Shown here one piece after another: positions 18,405 to 27,800 of a stretch of DNA of 37,584 bases. Under the pieces are notes generated by a model. It was not told the origin of the DNA. It did no database searches and saw nothing but the letters and a program-made list of their open reading frames with translations. Numbering within the stretch: position 1 is the first letter of the stretch; every line of letters starts with the position of its first letter. The stretch covers positions 8,104 to 45,687 of the forward strand of contig JBFMGU010000061.1 in NCBI GenBank assembly GCA_040752415.1, given 5' to 3'. The stretch is from Myxococcota bacterium (GTDB lineage Bacteria; Myxococcota; JACRCW01). A program made the translations under genes and the position numbers.

Positions 18405-18980
18405 TCAGGCCACCGGCTCCATCACCTTGCGCACCGGGAAGCGGAAGATGCGCGTGGCGCCGCCGGTGATGCCGGCCTTGCGGCACACGGCGTGGAACTG
18501 GTCCTGCGGCGTGTCGATGCCGTCAATGCCCGGGAGCAGCACGCCACGACGGGCGCCCTGCGTCACGGTGATGCCGTAGACCCGCGGGTCCAGCTCACCC
18601 AGGTCATCCACGGGCTCCATCCTTCCCAGCAGGGAGAGCTCCAGGCGGAGCTGGGCGACCTCGTCGGGAGTGACCGGGTGGAAGCGCCAGTCCCGGGTGG
18701 CCGCGGCGCGCGCGCACTCCGCCACCTCCTCCTCCAGGGAGCCCAGGCGACACTCCACGTGCCCCACGCACCCGCGCAGCCGCCCTTCCCCGTCGCGCAG
18801 CGTCACGAACACGCCGGCGGGCATGGGCAGCGCGCTGGGCGCTCCCCCGGAGACCGGCTCCTCCCCGCGGGAGGCCGCCGTCACCGCCTGCCGCGCCACT
18901 GCCATGAGGTGCTGCTCGTCGACGGCGCGGAGCGCGGGAACCGCTTCATCGGGTCGGGGGCGGGTGGTGGTGAGGGTCAA
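18405..18980 (-). CDS. amrA: AMMECR1-domain protein (AmmeMemoRadiSam system protein A)
   Basis: Motifs GVFVTL...LRGCVG, AATRDWRF, ELSLL, GVLLP and CRKAG. The start is uncertain (TTG 18980 or a later codon). Confidence 0.85.
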   Translation of the reverse strand: MTLTTTRPRPDEAVPALRAVDEQHLMAVARQAVTAASRGEEPVSGGAPSALPMPAGVFVTLRDGEGRLRGCVGHVECRLGSLEEEVAECARAAATRDWRFHPVTPDEVAQLRLELSLLGRMEPVDDLGELDPRVYGITVTQGARRGVLLPGIDGIDTPQDQFHAVCRKAGITGGATRIFRFPVRKVMEPVA

Positions 18981-19161
18981 GCGCGGGTCCTTCGTGCGGG
19001 GTCGTCGTCGGGGTCATCTTGCCAGCGGCCGCGAATACGGATCAAACCGCCGGCGGGCAAGCCTGGACGCGAGCGCGCGCAGGGGATGCGCGAGAAGGGC
19101 CGGGTGGCGGTCGGACTCGTCGAGCGGGAGCAGCAGCGGGTTCCGCCGGACTTCTGCAACC

Positions 19162-19291
19162 GCCCCTGCCCCTGCCCCCGCCCCTGCCCCTGCCCGTGCC
19201 CGGCCTGTAGGGTCACTCAGCGCAGAAGGTCATCTGCGGAAAACCTCGTCGGTGCTCTGAGCCCTCAAGCCGGGCACGGGCACGGGCAGGG
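19162..19291. repeat. Intergenic hexamer-based (GCCCCT/GCCCGT) tandem repeat forming an inverted repeat
   Basis: ccctgcccctgcccgtgcccggc (19182-19204) matches the reverse complement of gccgggcacgggcacgggcaggg (19269-19291) at 22 of 23 positions. Confidence 0.75.
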
Positions 19292-19310
19292 TGTTGCGGG
19301 GGCGCGTTCA

Positions 19311-20951
19311 TCACGGGGCCACGCACTGTCCTCCGTCGGGCTGGAGGCTGCAGATGTGGGCGGGGACGCAGTCCGAGCTCCGCAGGCACGAGCTGGCGCA
19401 GGCGTGGGGCGTGAGACAGCGGTAGGCGCCGCAGTCGCTCACCGGGGGACCGCCGGGGCCGCACAGCCCGGTGGCGCCGCAACGGTGGGCATAGATGCGG
19501 GAGATGCCGTCGACGTCGTCCCGGCAGGAGCTGCCCCCGCATCCCGAGACCTCCGTGTCCAGCAGGCACAGGTCCGCCACCGACTGCACGGCGGAGACAT
19601 GCGCGCCGGCCGCGCAGGTGTGCTGGGGATTGAGACAGGCGTTGTCGCAGGAGACCACGAGGTCACCCGGCCCACCCGTGCAATCCGCGACGTTGTTGGG
19701 CACGCAGATGTTGGCGTTGCTGCACGTTCCGTCGACGAGGCCCGCCACGTTGCGCATGCACAGCAACATGTCCAGGCCGCTGCCAGTGGGGCCATCAGGC
19801 GATCCCCCGTCGAGCCCGTCGCCCGCCACCACGCCGTGGAGGAAATCCGCGCATTGCGCGCGACAGGCCTGGCCCGGCTGCACCACCTGGCCCTGGTCAT
19901 CCAGACACCGCGGAGCTCCGGCGTCGGGCGGACCGGCGTCGACGACGGGCGCGCACACGCCGGCATCCAGGCACTGGTGGGAAGGACAGTGGGAATCCTC
20001 GGCGCAGCGGATGTCACAACCGGGGTCGCCCTCCGGACAGCAGTTCTTGCCGGTGGCGGTGGGCGCGCAGTGGCCCGTGGTGTCGCACGCGTAGGTCCAC
20101 TCCTGGGGTCCCAGCTCACCGTTCTGGCAGACGGTGCCTGTGCACCACGTGCTGGCCTGGCCCAACAAGCAGGAGGTCTCACGCGTGGCCTGTTCCGCGG
20201 GCGCGCCGGGGAGGCACGTGCTGGTGGGGGCCATGCACAACGCGTCACACTGGAACAGCAGCTCACCCACGCCACCCAGGGCGCATTCCGAGACGTCGCT
20301 GACCCGACACACCCCCGCTGCGCACGTGCCCGCCGTCGCCATGGGCGTGCCGGCAAAGCAGCTGCTGGTGCCATCCTCGATCAGCGCCACGACGAATGCG
20401 CTGCAATCCGCCGTGCACACCTCCGTGTCATGCGCCGCCACACAACCCTGTCCCGAGGGATGGCAGGCCTCGCACTCGCCGCAGGTGGTGTTGCAGCAGA
20501 TGCTGTCCACGCAGTTGCCGGAGACGCAGTCGTTGTCGCCGCAGCACGTCTCACCGTTGGCGCGGCTGGAGGGACAGAGAGGACCGCCGGAGGTGGAGCT
20601 GCTGCTCGACGAAGACGACGACGACGTGCTGGAGGACGAAGTGGAAGAGGACGACGACGAAGTGGAGGACGACGACGAGCTGGAGGAGGACGACGACGAG
20701 CTGGAGGAGGACGACGACGAGCTGGAGGAGGACGACGTGGTGGAAGACGACGACGAGGACGACGAGGACGACGAGGAGCTGGACGACGTGCTCGCGGAGC
20801 TGGTGGCGGCCGGGCGGGTCACGCAGTTGCCGTCGACGCACTCCTGGTCGTCGGGGCAGTCACCGGGGTTGTTGTTGCACTTGTAGCTGGGAGCGCACGA
20901 CGTCACGCCGGCCATCCACGCCATCATGAGCACCGCGGTCCAGAAGCGCAT
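19311..20951 (-). CDS. Cys-rich lipoprotein with poly-Ser linker
   Basis: Signal peptide with lipobox GVTSC, a small Cys module, a ~70-aa Ser/Thr tract, then Cys-rich modules (C..DNDCVSGNCVDSICCNTTC). GAGGGG RBS. Confidence 0.85.
   Translation of the reverse strand: MRFWTAVLMMAWMAGVTSCAPSYKCNNNPGDCPDDQECVDGNCVTRPAATSSASTSSSSSSSSSSSSSSSTTSSSSSSSSSSSSSSSSSSSSSSSSTSSSSSSTSSSSTSSSSSSSSSSTSGGPLCPSSRANGETCCGDNDCVSGNCVDSICCNTTCGECEACHPSGQGCVAAHDTEVCTADCSAFVVALIEDGTSSCFAGTPMATAGTCAAGVCRVSDVSECALGGVGELLFQCDALCMAPTSTCLPGAPAEQATRETSCLLGQASTWCTGTVCQNGELGPQEWTYACDTTGHCAPTATGKNCCPEGDPGCDIRCAEDSHCPSHQCLDAGVCAPVVDAGPPDAGAPRCLDDQGQVVQPGQACRAQCADFLHGVVAGDGLDGGSPDGPTGSGLDMLLCMRNVAGLVDGTCSNANICVPNNVADCTGGPGDLVVSCDNACLNPQHTCAAGAHVSAVQSVADLCLLDTEVSGCGGSSCRDDVDGISRIYAHRCGATGLCGPGGPPVSDCGAYRCLTPHACASSCLRSSDCVPAHICSLQPDGGQCVAP
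20596..20800 (-). repeat. Poly-Ser coding tract with 21-nt tandem units
   Basis: gacgacgagctggaggaggac is repeated in tandem around 20671-20733 within the Ser tract. Confidence 0.85.
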
Positions 20952-20963
20952 GGTCCCCTCCCG

Positions 20964-21797
20964 TCACAACACCGCTGCCCCCGCCCCGAGCGCCGCGGCG
21001 GCCACCAGGAAGATGACGCCCACCGTCCCAAGCCCCGCTCCGACGAGCGCTCCACCCACGGCCACGCCGTTGAACCACGCCACGCGGTCACGGTAGGTGC
21101 GGGTTGGCGTGGGCACGTAGACGGTGGTTGCCGCGGCCACCAGCCCCTCCGCCACGCCCACCGTCAGCAGCGCCGCGGCGAGCAGCAGCAGTCCGCCCAC
21201 ACCCGCCACGCCGGCTCCCGCCAACGTCCCCAGCTGCAGAGGGCTGAATCCCTCGTCGCGGGCGGAGCTCCGGGGGGCGTGGGCTGGCTTGAATCCCGCC
21301 GCCACCAGCACGCGACGCGTGGCCTGCACCGCCGCCTCCGGGAGATCCCGCTCCTGCTCCACCATGGTCCGCTCCGAGCCCACTTCCAGAGCGGTACGAA
21401 GGTCCAGCAGCTTGAGGGCCAGCACGTAGGTGCCGCCGAGTTTGCCCAGCGTGCTCACCAGGAGATGACTGACACCCAGGGAGCCGGCCAGCTCGACGTC
21501 AATGAGCGTGCAGGCGTCATTGGCGCACTTGCGCAGCTGCTCCTGGCCGCCGGCGCCCAGCCGCACGTCCACCTCCAGCGGCGTGGCCACGCTGGAGAAC
21601 ACGCCGGAAGCGCGCGCCTCCGCGACGATGTACTCGGTGAGGAGATCCGCGGTGTCGGGTTTGACTTCCGCCTTGGCCTCGGTCCGGAAGATGGCCACGC
21701 TGGGCGCGCCCTCCGCCCGCGCCGGGCCCGGCAGCAACGCCACCGCGGCCATCACCCACCCCAGGAGATTCCGTGTCACCCAGGTTGCATCCACCAC
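20964..21797 (-). CDS. Exported/membrane hypothetical protein
   Basis: Signal peptide (..LLPGPARA), an alpha/beta domain with C..DAC...LAGSLG...LGKLGGTY, and two C-terminal hydrophobic segments. It ends 12 nt before the lipoprotein gene. The start is uncertain. Confidence 0.7.
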   Translation of the reverse strand: MVDATWVTRNLLGWVMAAVALLPGPARAEGAPSVAIFRTEAKAEVKPDTADLLTEYIVAEARASGVFSSVATPLEVDVRLGAGGQEQLRKCANDACTLIDVELAGSLGVSHLLVSTLGKLGGTYVLALKLLDLRTALEVGSERTMVEQERDLPEAAVQATRRVLVAAGFKPAHAPRSSARDEGFSPLQLGTLAGAGVAGVGGLLLLAAALLTVGVAEGLVAAATTVYVPTPTRTYRDRVAWFNGVAVGGALVGAGLGTVGVIFLVAAAALGAGAAVL

Positions 21798-21836
21798 GCC
21801 TCCCGCACCGCTCCACCCGACGTGGGATGTGAGCGC

Positions 21837-23039
21837 TCAGCCCTTGCTGGGTTGACCCACGCTGGTGACGGCGGACTGCATCTGCGGGCCCCGCTCGACG
21901 AGCAGGCGGCGGATGGCGGCGTACTTGTCCACGTACGTGCGCGTCTCTTCCGCCTCCAGCGCGGTGGTCCACAGCGGGTTCACGCCGTCGTACGCGGCCT
22001 CCACCAGGCCGGCGCCGCCGTTGTAGGTGGCGGCCAGGAAGCGACCCATCTCCTCGGGATCCTGGCGCAGCCGGGCGCGCTCCCGGGTGGGCAGCACCGC
22101 CAGGTCCGCGTCAAACAGGAGCAGGCACGCCATGGCGGCGTTGACGTGGTCATCCGCGCCCAGCTCGAAGTCCTGGCGCAGCCGCGCGCCGGGATACTGA
22201 CGACGCAGCGAGTGGTAGGTGCCGGCCATGAACTGCCACAGGCCACGCGCTCCGTCGGCGGAGACGGCGTAGTTGTAGGCGGAGCGCTCATTGGTCCCCA
22301 GCACCACCAGCACCTCGTCCATCAGGTCCCGCACGGTCTCCCCACGCGTGAAGCGGTGCGGGTCCAGGTGCTCATTGATGGCCAGCGCCACGGCAAGCTC
22401 GGCGGGGACCACGTCGGCGGCCAGGCGACCGCGGAAGGCCTGGCTGGGAACCTTGCGGGCCCGGAGCTTCTGCTGCGCACGCGCCACCACGCCCTGCAGG
22501 TACTCCAGCCCGCGCGCGCGGATCTCCGGCGTGTTCAGCGTGGGCGAGTACGGCGTGTAGATGACCTCGCGCCAGCCGCGGTCCTTGACGGGGACCGTGC
22601 GCTTGACGGCGAGCACCGCGGCACCGCTGGGGTAGACCGGCGCGTACTCGGTGTTCACGCCGTTGGCCACGGCCTGCTGGATCACCACCTGCTTGCCGAC
22701 GGAGATGTCCTTGCCCGCGCGCACCAGCTCGATGTGCTCACTGCGCGGGTCCACCACCGCCACCACGGGATTCTCCACGCACGGACGCGCGCGTCCCTTC
22801 TTGCGCGCCGCACGACCCTTGCGCCGCACCTTCCGGGCACACCCCGAGGGCTGGTCATCCAGGAGGCCGCGCGCCTGCTTCACCAGGCGACCGTGATCCA
22901 GCACGCTGGTCTGCTCGACGAGCGGGGCCTCCGCCGCGACGGTGGGAGTGGCCTCCGCGGGGGTGGCCCACGGAGCGGGCGCGGCCTCACAGGCCAACAG
23001 GCCCAGCACCAGTCCCCACGTCGCGCGACGGAAACGCAT
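21837..23039 (-). CDS. Lytic transglycosylase (SLT-domain) lipoprotein
   Basis: Motifs AVSADGARGLWQFM, LAATYNGG and ETRTYV. Lipobox LLAC. Confidence 0.8.
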   Translation of the reverse strand: MRFRRATWGLVLGLLACEAAPAPWATPAEATPTVAAEAPLVEQTSVLDHGRLVKQARGLLDDQPSGCARKVRRKGRAARKKGRARPCVENPVVAVVDPRSEHIELVRAGKDISVGKQVVIQQAVANGVNTEYAPVYPSGAAVLAVKRTVPVKDRGWREVIYTPYSPTLNTPEIRARGLEYLQGVVARAQQKLRARKVPSQAFRGRLAADVVPAELAVALAINEHLDPHRFTRGETVRDLMDEVLVVLGTNERSAYNYAVSADGARGLWQFMAGTYHSLRRQYPGARLRQDFELGADDHVNAAMACLLLFDADLAVLPTRERARLRQDPEEMGRFLAATYNGGAGLVEAAYDGVNPLWTTALEAEETRTYVDKYAAIRRLLVERGPQMQSAVTSVGQPSKG

Positions 23040-23224
23040 CCTGATCACGACTCCCACGGAACGTCCTCCATAGAGACCACGGTGCACGAGGACGCCGCAA
23101 TGTAGGCATGCGGATCTCGTCGGAGGCGTGGAGGTGGGATGAGGTGCGGCGCATCACCACCCGCCGCGCGGAGGGACATACGCCGGGGGCTGTTCTCGTC
23201 GGGGGAGGGCGCTAGGTTGGGGGC

Positions 23225-24076
23225 ATGATCACGGAGGTGCGCGCCGGTCCGTACACCATCCGCGGCATCTCGGTGGCGGGGGTCTACACCACGCTGCAGG
23301 TGCCGGAGCTGGACGTGGTGTTGGACGTGGGAATCCCGCTGCGCTCCTTTGCCAGCACCGACCGCATCTTCCTCAGCCACGGTCACGGCGACCACGCCAG
23401 CGCCCTGGCTTCCCTGCTGGGCATCCGCGACCTCATGGTGCGACGACGGGCGCGCGTGTTCCTGCCGGCGGAGATCGAGCACCAGGTGGCCGAGAGCCTG
23501 GCGCTGCTCTCCAAGCTGCACCGCAACCAGATGGACGTGGAGCTGGTGCCGGTACGCCCGGGCGAGACCTTCAACCTGGGGCGCGACCTGTGGGTGCGGG
23601 CGCTGCGGACGCACCACCCGGTTCCGTCGCTGGGCTACCAGTTCCTGCGCAAGGTCAAGAAGCTCAAGGCGGAGCTCAGGGAGCTGCCGCAGGCGGAGAT
23701 TGCCGCGCTGCGCCGCGCCGGGCGCGCGGACCTCTTCGAGGAGAGCGAGCGCCTGGAGCTGGCGTACTGCACCGACACGTTGTCACGCGTGGTGGAGACG
23801 AGCCCGTCGGTGCTGGAGAGCCGGGTGCTCATCCTGGAGTGCACCTACGTGAACCACGACCACACCGTGGAGGACGCACGTCGCCGGGCGCACATCCACC
23901 TGGACGAGATCGTGGCGCGCGCGGACCTGTTCAGGAACGAGCACCTGGTGCTCATGCACTTCAGCCAGTCGCATTCCCCGGCCACGGTGCATGCCACGGT
24001 GCGGGAGCGCGTGCCGGAGAGCCTGCGGGACCGCGTGGTGGTGTTTGCGCCCACCACGGGTGGCTGGCCCGGCTGA
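23225..24076 (+). CDS. MBL-fold hydrolase, short RNase Z-like
   Basis: Motifs SHGHGDH, HHPVPSLGY, YCTDT, ILECTY, HIH and LMHFS. Confidence 0.8.
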   Translation: MITEVRAGPYTIRGISVAGVYTTLQVPELDVVLDVGIPLRSFASTDRIFLSHGHGDHASALASLLGIRDLMVRRRARVFLPAEIEHQVAESLALLSKLHRNQMDVELVPVRPGETFNLGRDLWVRALRTHHPVPSLGYQFLRKVKKLKAELRELPQAEIAALRRAGRADLFEESERLELAYCTDTLSRVVETSPSVLESRVLILECTYVNHDHTVEDARRRAHIHLDEIVARADLFRNEHLVLMHFSQSHSPATVHATVRERVPESLRDRVVVFAPTTGGWPG

Positions 24077-24082
24077 CGCGCC

Positions 24083-24772
24083 TCACTTGACGAGGGTGGA
24101 GACCTCGGTGCGCTTCTGGTGCATGTCCCAGAACCGGCTGGCCACCGTGGACGCTTCCAGGGTGCCGTGGCCGCCCGCGTCGAACGCGGTGCCCTTGACG
24201 ATGCTGAGCACCACGACCTCCCCGACGTAGACGCCCTGGCTGGCCAGCTTCTTGTTCAATACGCCCACCAGCTTGTGCTGCGCGGCCTTGGTGAGCGCCA
24301 GCCCCATGGCGTTGAACTGGACCACCATCTGGTCCACCTGCTCGTCGTAGAGGCTGAAGCCGCCGCCAGTGACAAGGACGGAGCCCTTCTGCTCCTTGAG
24401 GTCCGGGAGGGACTCCTGCACCGCGGTCACCAGGCCGTGGATCCCCACGTCAAACACCTTCCTGAGGTCCTGCACGTCGGCGGTGAGCAGGTCGCCGGCG
24501 AGGCCCACGTAGGCGTTCCAGTGGAGCACCGTGATGGGCCCCAGCGACGCGCGCACCTCGCCGACGAGACGCTTGACCGCGGCGGTGTCGCCGAGGTCGC
24601 AGGAGAAGCCCTTGGCGGTGATGCCGGCCTCCTTTAGCGCCGCGGCTCCGCGGTCCACCTTGTCCTTGCCACGCGCGACGAGCGCTACCTGGAAACCCTC
24701 CGCACCAAACTTGCGAGCCACCGCGTCGGAGATTCCGGGTCCGTATCCACACACGAGAATGGTCTTTTTCAT
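24083..24772 (-). CDS. SDR-family NAD(P)-dependent oxidoreductase (atypical)
   Basis: Rossmann GYGPGIS, VALVAR, CDL and LHWNA motifs. LALTKAA occupies the YxxxK position. Confidence 0.85.
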   Translation of the reverse strand: MKKTILVCGYGPGISDAVARKFGAEGFQVALVARGKDKVDRGAAALKEAGITAKGFSCDLGDTAAVKRLVGEVRASLGPITVLHWNAYVGLAGDLLTADVQDLRKVFDVGIHGLVTAVQESLPDLKEQKGSVLVTGGGFSLYDEQVDQMVVQFNAMGLALTKAAQHKLVGVLNKKLASQGVYVGEVVVLSIVKGTAFDAGGHGTLEASTVASRFWDMHQKRTEVSTLVK

Positions 24773-24899
24773 GGCGCGCCTCATAACGGGGCCAGGAGGG
24801 GACCGCAAACCAGATCGGTTTCACCGGGTGTTGGTGCCGCCGGTTGATAGGCTTTTTCCGACGGGGAAACGGCGCGCTCGCGGGTCCATTCCACGCGAC

Positions 24900-27800
24900 T
24901 CAGGGATGATCCAGCGGGTCCAGCGGATCGAAGCCGCCCGCGACCTCCACGCCGTCGGTGAACGTGTCTCCGTCGGTGTCGGCAAGCTGCGGGTCGGTGC
25001 CGTAGGTGGACGCTTCATCCACCAGGCCATTGAGGCCGTCCCCGTCAAGGTCGACCGCTTCCTCGTCGAGCAGGAAGTCATCCAGGTAGGCGCCGGTGCT
25101 GACGAACGCGCCGTTGCTGCGGAAGGCGAGACGCAGCCGCACCGTGGCGCCGACCCACGGCTGCAATGAGAAGCCCACCAGCTTGTATCCGGTGGCGCCC
25201 ACGCGCTGGTTGATCCACGCCGGGAAGCCGAGCGTGTCGGTGCCGTCGTAGGCCACCAGGGAAGGCGCCACGTTGGTCCAGCCCAGCGCGGGGTCGTCGA
25301 TCTCCAGGCTCAGCCCGTCGCCGTTGACGGCCGTGGACCACAGGCGGAAGACCAGCGAGGGATCGGTGGCGCCCGCGAGGTCGACGTTGGGGAGGTAGAG
25401 GTATTCCCGCGCCTCGTCGAAGTAGTTGCCGTTGGTGTTGGTGGCCCACGCGCGGGAGCCGGTGTGCGCGCGGTTGGGACCGCTGGCCACGGCGTCGTAC
25501 TCCCAGAGCGTTCCGTCGGTGGCCAGCCCGCCGTCGTCGACGGAGAGGTCCTCGAGGTTGCCGGGAGCCCAGGTGGGGCTGCCGGGGAACCACGCGGGAT
25601 TGAGCGGGTCGGTTCCCGCCGCGACCTCCGCGCCGTCGAGCGCGCCGTCTCCGTCGGTGTCCGCGCGGTACGGGTCGGTTCCGTACGTCAGGACCTCCAC
25701 GCGCACGCCAGGGATGCCGTCGCCGTCGACGTCGGTGGACTCGTCCTCGAGCGCGAGGTCATCCACATACGCGCCCAGGGACACGAAGAATCCGTTGGAG
25801 CGGAACGAGAGCCGCACGCGCGTCACCTGGCCGGCGTGCGCGGCCAACGACACCACCGCGAGCTTGTACTCCCCGAGGTAGCGGACGTTGTTCCAGGCCG
25901 GGCGGAACAGCGCGTCGCGCGCCTCGTACACGGGGGACTGCGCGTTGAGCAGCGTCCAGCCGATGTTGTCGTCGTAGACCTCCACGCCAAGCCCGTCGTC
26001 ACCGGAGGCCTGCATCCACAGGCGGAAGCTGAGCGTGGGGTCGGAGGCGGCGGACAGGTCCAGCGGCGGCAGGTACAGGTACTCGCGCGCTTCGTCGTAG
26101 TAGTTGCCGCTGAGCTCCGTGGCCCAGGCGCGTGTGCCGCTGTAGGCGTAGCCCGGTCCAGAAGCGGGAACGCCGTACTCCCACAGCGGTCCGTCGGTGC
26201 TGAGCCCGCCGTCATCCGACTCGAAGTCCAGGTAGGTGCCGGGCAGCAGCATCACCGCGCCGGGATGGTCCGCGGGATCCAGCGGGTCGGTGCCCGCCAC
26301 GATCTCCGCGCCGTCCAGTGTGCCGTCCCCGTCGGTGTCCGGGAGGTACGGGTCGGTGCCCCAGGTCTGCTGCTCGTCGAGAACGCCGGAGATTCCGTCG
26401 GCATCCGGGTCCGCGGACTCGTCGTCCAGAGCAAGATCGTCGACGTACGCACCCGGTGCCACGAAGGCGCCGTTGGAGCGGAAGGACAAACGCACGCGCA
26501 CCACCTGGTTGGCGTAGGCAGCCAGCGAGAGCGCGGCGAGCTGGTATTCATTCCGATAGCGCACGTTGCTCCAGGCGGGCTCGAAGAACGCGTCGCGCGC
26601 CTCGTAGGCGGGGGTCTGCGGGTTGATGAGCGTCCAGCCGCTGCCTTCCTGGTAGACCTGCACGTTCAGCCCGTCATCACCGGAGGCCTGCATCCAGAGT
26701 CGGAAGCTCAGCGTGGGATTGGTGGCACCGCGCAGGTCCAGCGGCGGGAGGTTCAGGTAGGCGCGCTCGTTGTCGCCGTAGTTGCCCGCGGGGTTGGTGG
26801 CCCACACGCGCGTGCCGCTGTAGGCCACACCTGGACCGCTGCTGACGACGCCATGCGCCCACAGCGGCTCCGTGCTGGCAAAGCCGCCGTTGTTGGTCTC
26901 GAAGTCCAGGTACGTGCCGGGGAGCAGCGGCGTGACGCCGGGCGCGTCGGCGGGATCGAGCGGGTCGGTGTCCGCGGCGACTTCCGCACCGTCGAGCGCG
27001 CCGTCGCCGTCGGTGTCCGCCAGGTAGGGGTCGGTGCCGTAGGTCTCGTACTCGTCGAGGACGCCGGTAATGCCGTCGACGTCGGGGTCGGAGCCCTCGC
27101 TGTCAAAGCGGAGCTCGTCGAGCATCGGGCCATCACCGGTGAAGACGTTGTTGCTGCGGAAGAACAGGCGCAGGTTGGCGAGATCCCCGGTCCACGACGG
27201 GAGACGGACGCCCGCGAGCACGTAGTCGGTGTTGATGCCCTGGTTGGACCACGCCAACGCGCCGGAGGCGGTGCCGTCGTAGGCGGGGGTCACGCCGGTG
27301 AGCGTGGTCCAGCCGGTGTTGGGGTCCAGCGCCTGCAGGCGCAGCCCGTCGTCGCCAGCGGTGCGCGACCACAGGCGGAAGGTCACCGTGACGTCGGAAG
27401 CGCCGCTGCGATCCACCGGAGGCAGGCACAGGTATTCCTGGGCGTTGTCGGGGTAGTTGCCGGTGAGGTTGGTGGCCCACACCCGCGTGCCCACGTGGCC
27501 GCGCGTGGGTCCGGTGGTGGGAATGCCGTAGGCCCACAGCGTTCCCTCCGTCACCAGGCCGCCGTTGTTGGACTCCAGGTCCAGGTTGGTGCCCACGGGA
27601 ATGGTCGACCCCATCTGGCCGCTGATGGTGATGGCCACGGTGTCGCTGGCGTCCGCCCCGTCGTCGTCGACGGCGGTGAGCCGGAACACCAGGTTGGCCG
27701 CGCACGCCACCACCGGCGCGGTGAACGTGGTCTGCAACGCGCCGGGATCCGCGAGGGTCACCGCGGGACCGGAGACCTGGGTCCAGGTTGTGTTCGTCAC

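Noticed and set aside
16347..18980. Complete RiPP biosynthetic cluster around the Gly-Gly repeat protein
   Set aside because: No C39 peptidase/ABC exporter, YcaO, lanthipeptide synthetase or radical SAM gene is in the window. It is kept only as one alternative hypothesis.
19140..19165. ggacttctgcaacc as a possible IS terminal repeat
   Set aside because: I found no convincing partner end, target duplication or transposase remnant.
20134..20886. ORF with a striking poly-acidic tract (EEDDDEL)n
   Set aside because: It is the reverse complement of the poly-Ser codons of the lipoprotein gene.
18492..23105. 1537-aa plus-strand ORF
   Set aside because: It lies antisense to four well-supported minus-strand genes and has no recognisable motifs. 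Stop codons are scarce at this GC content.
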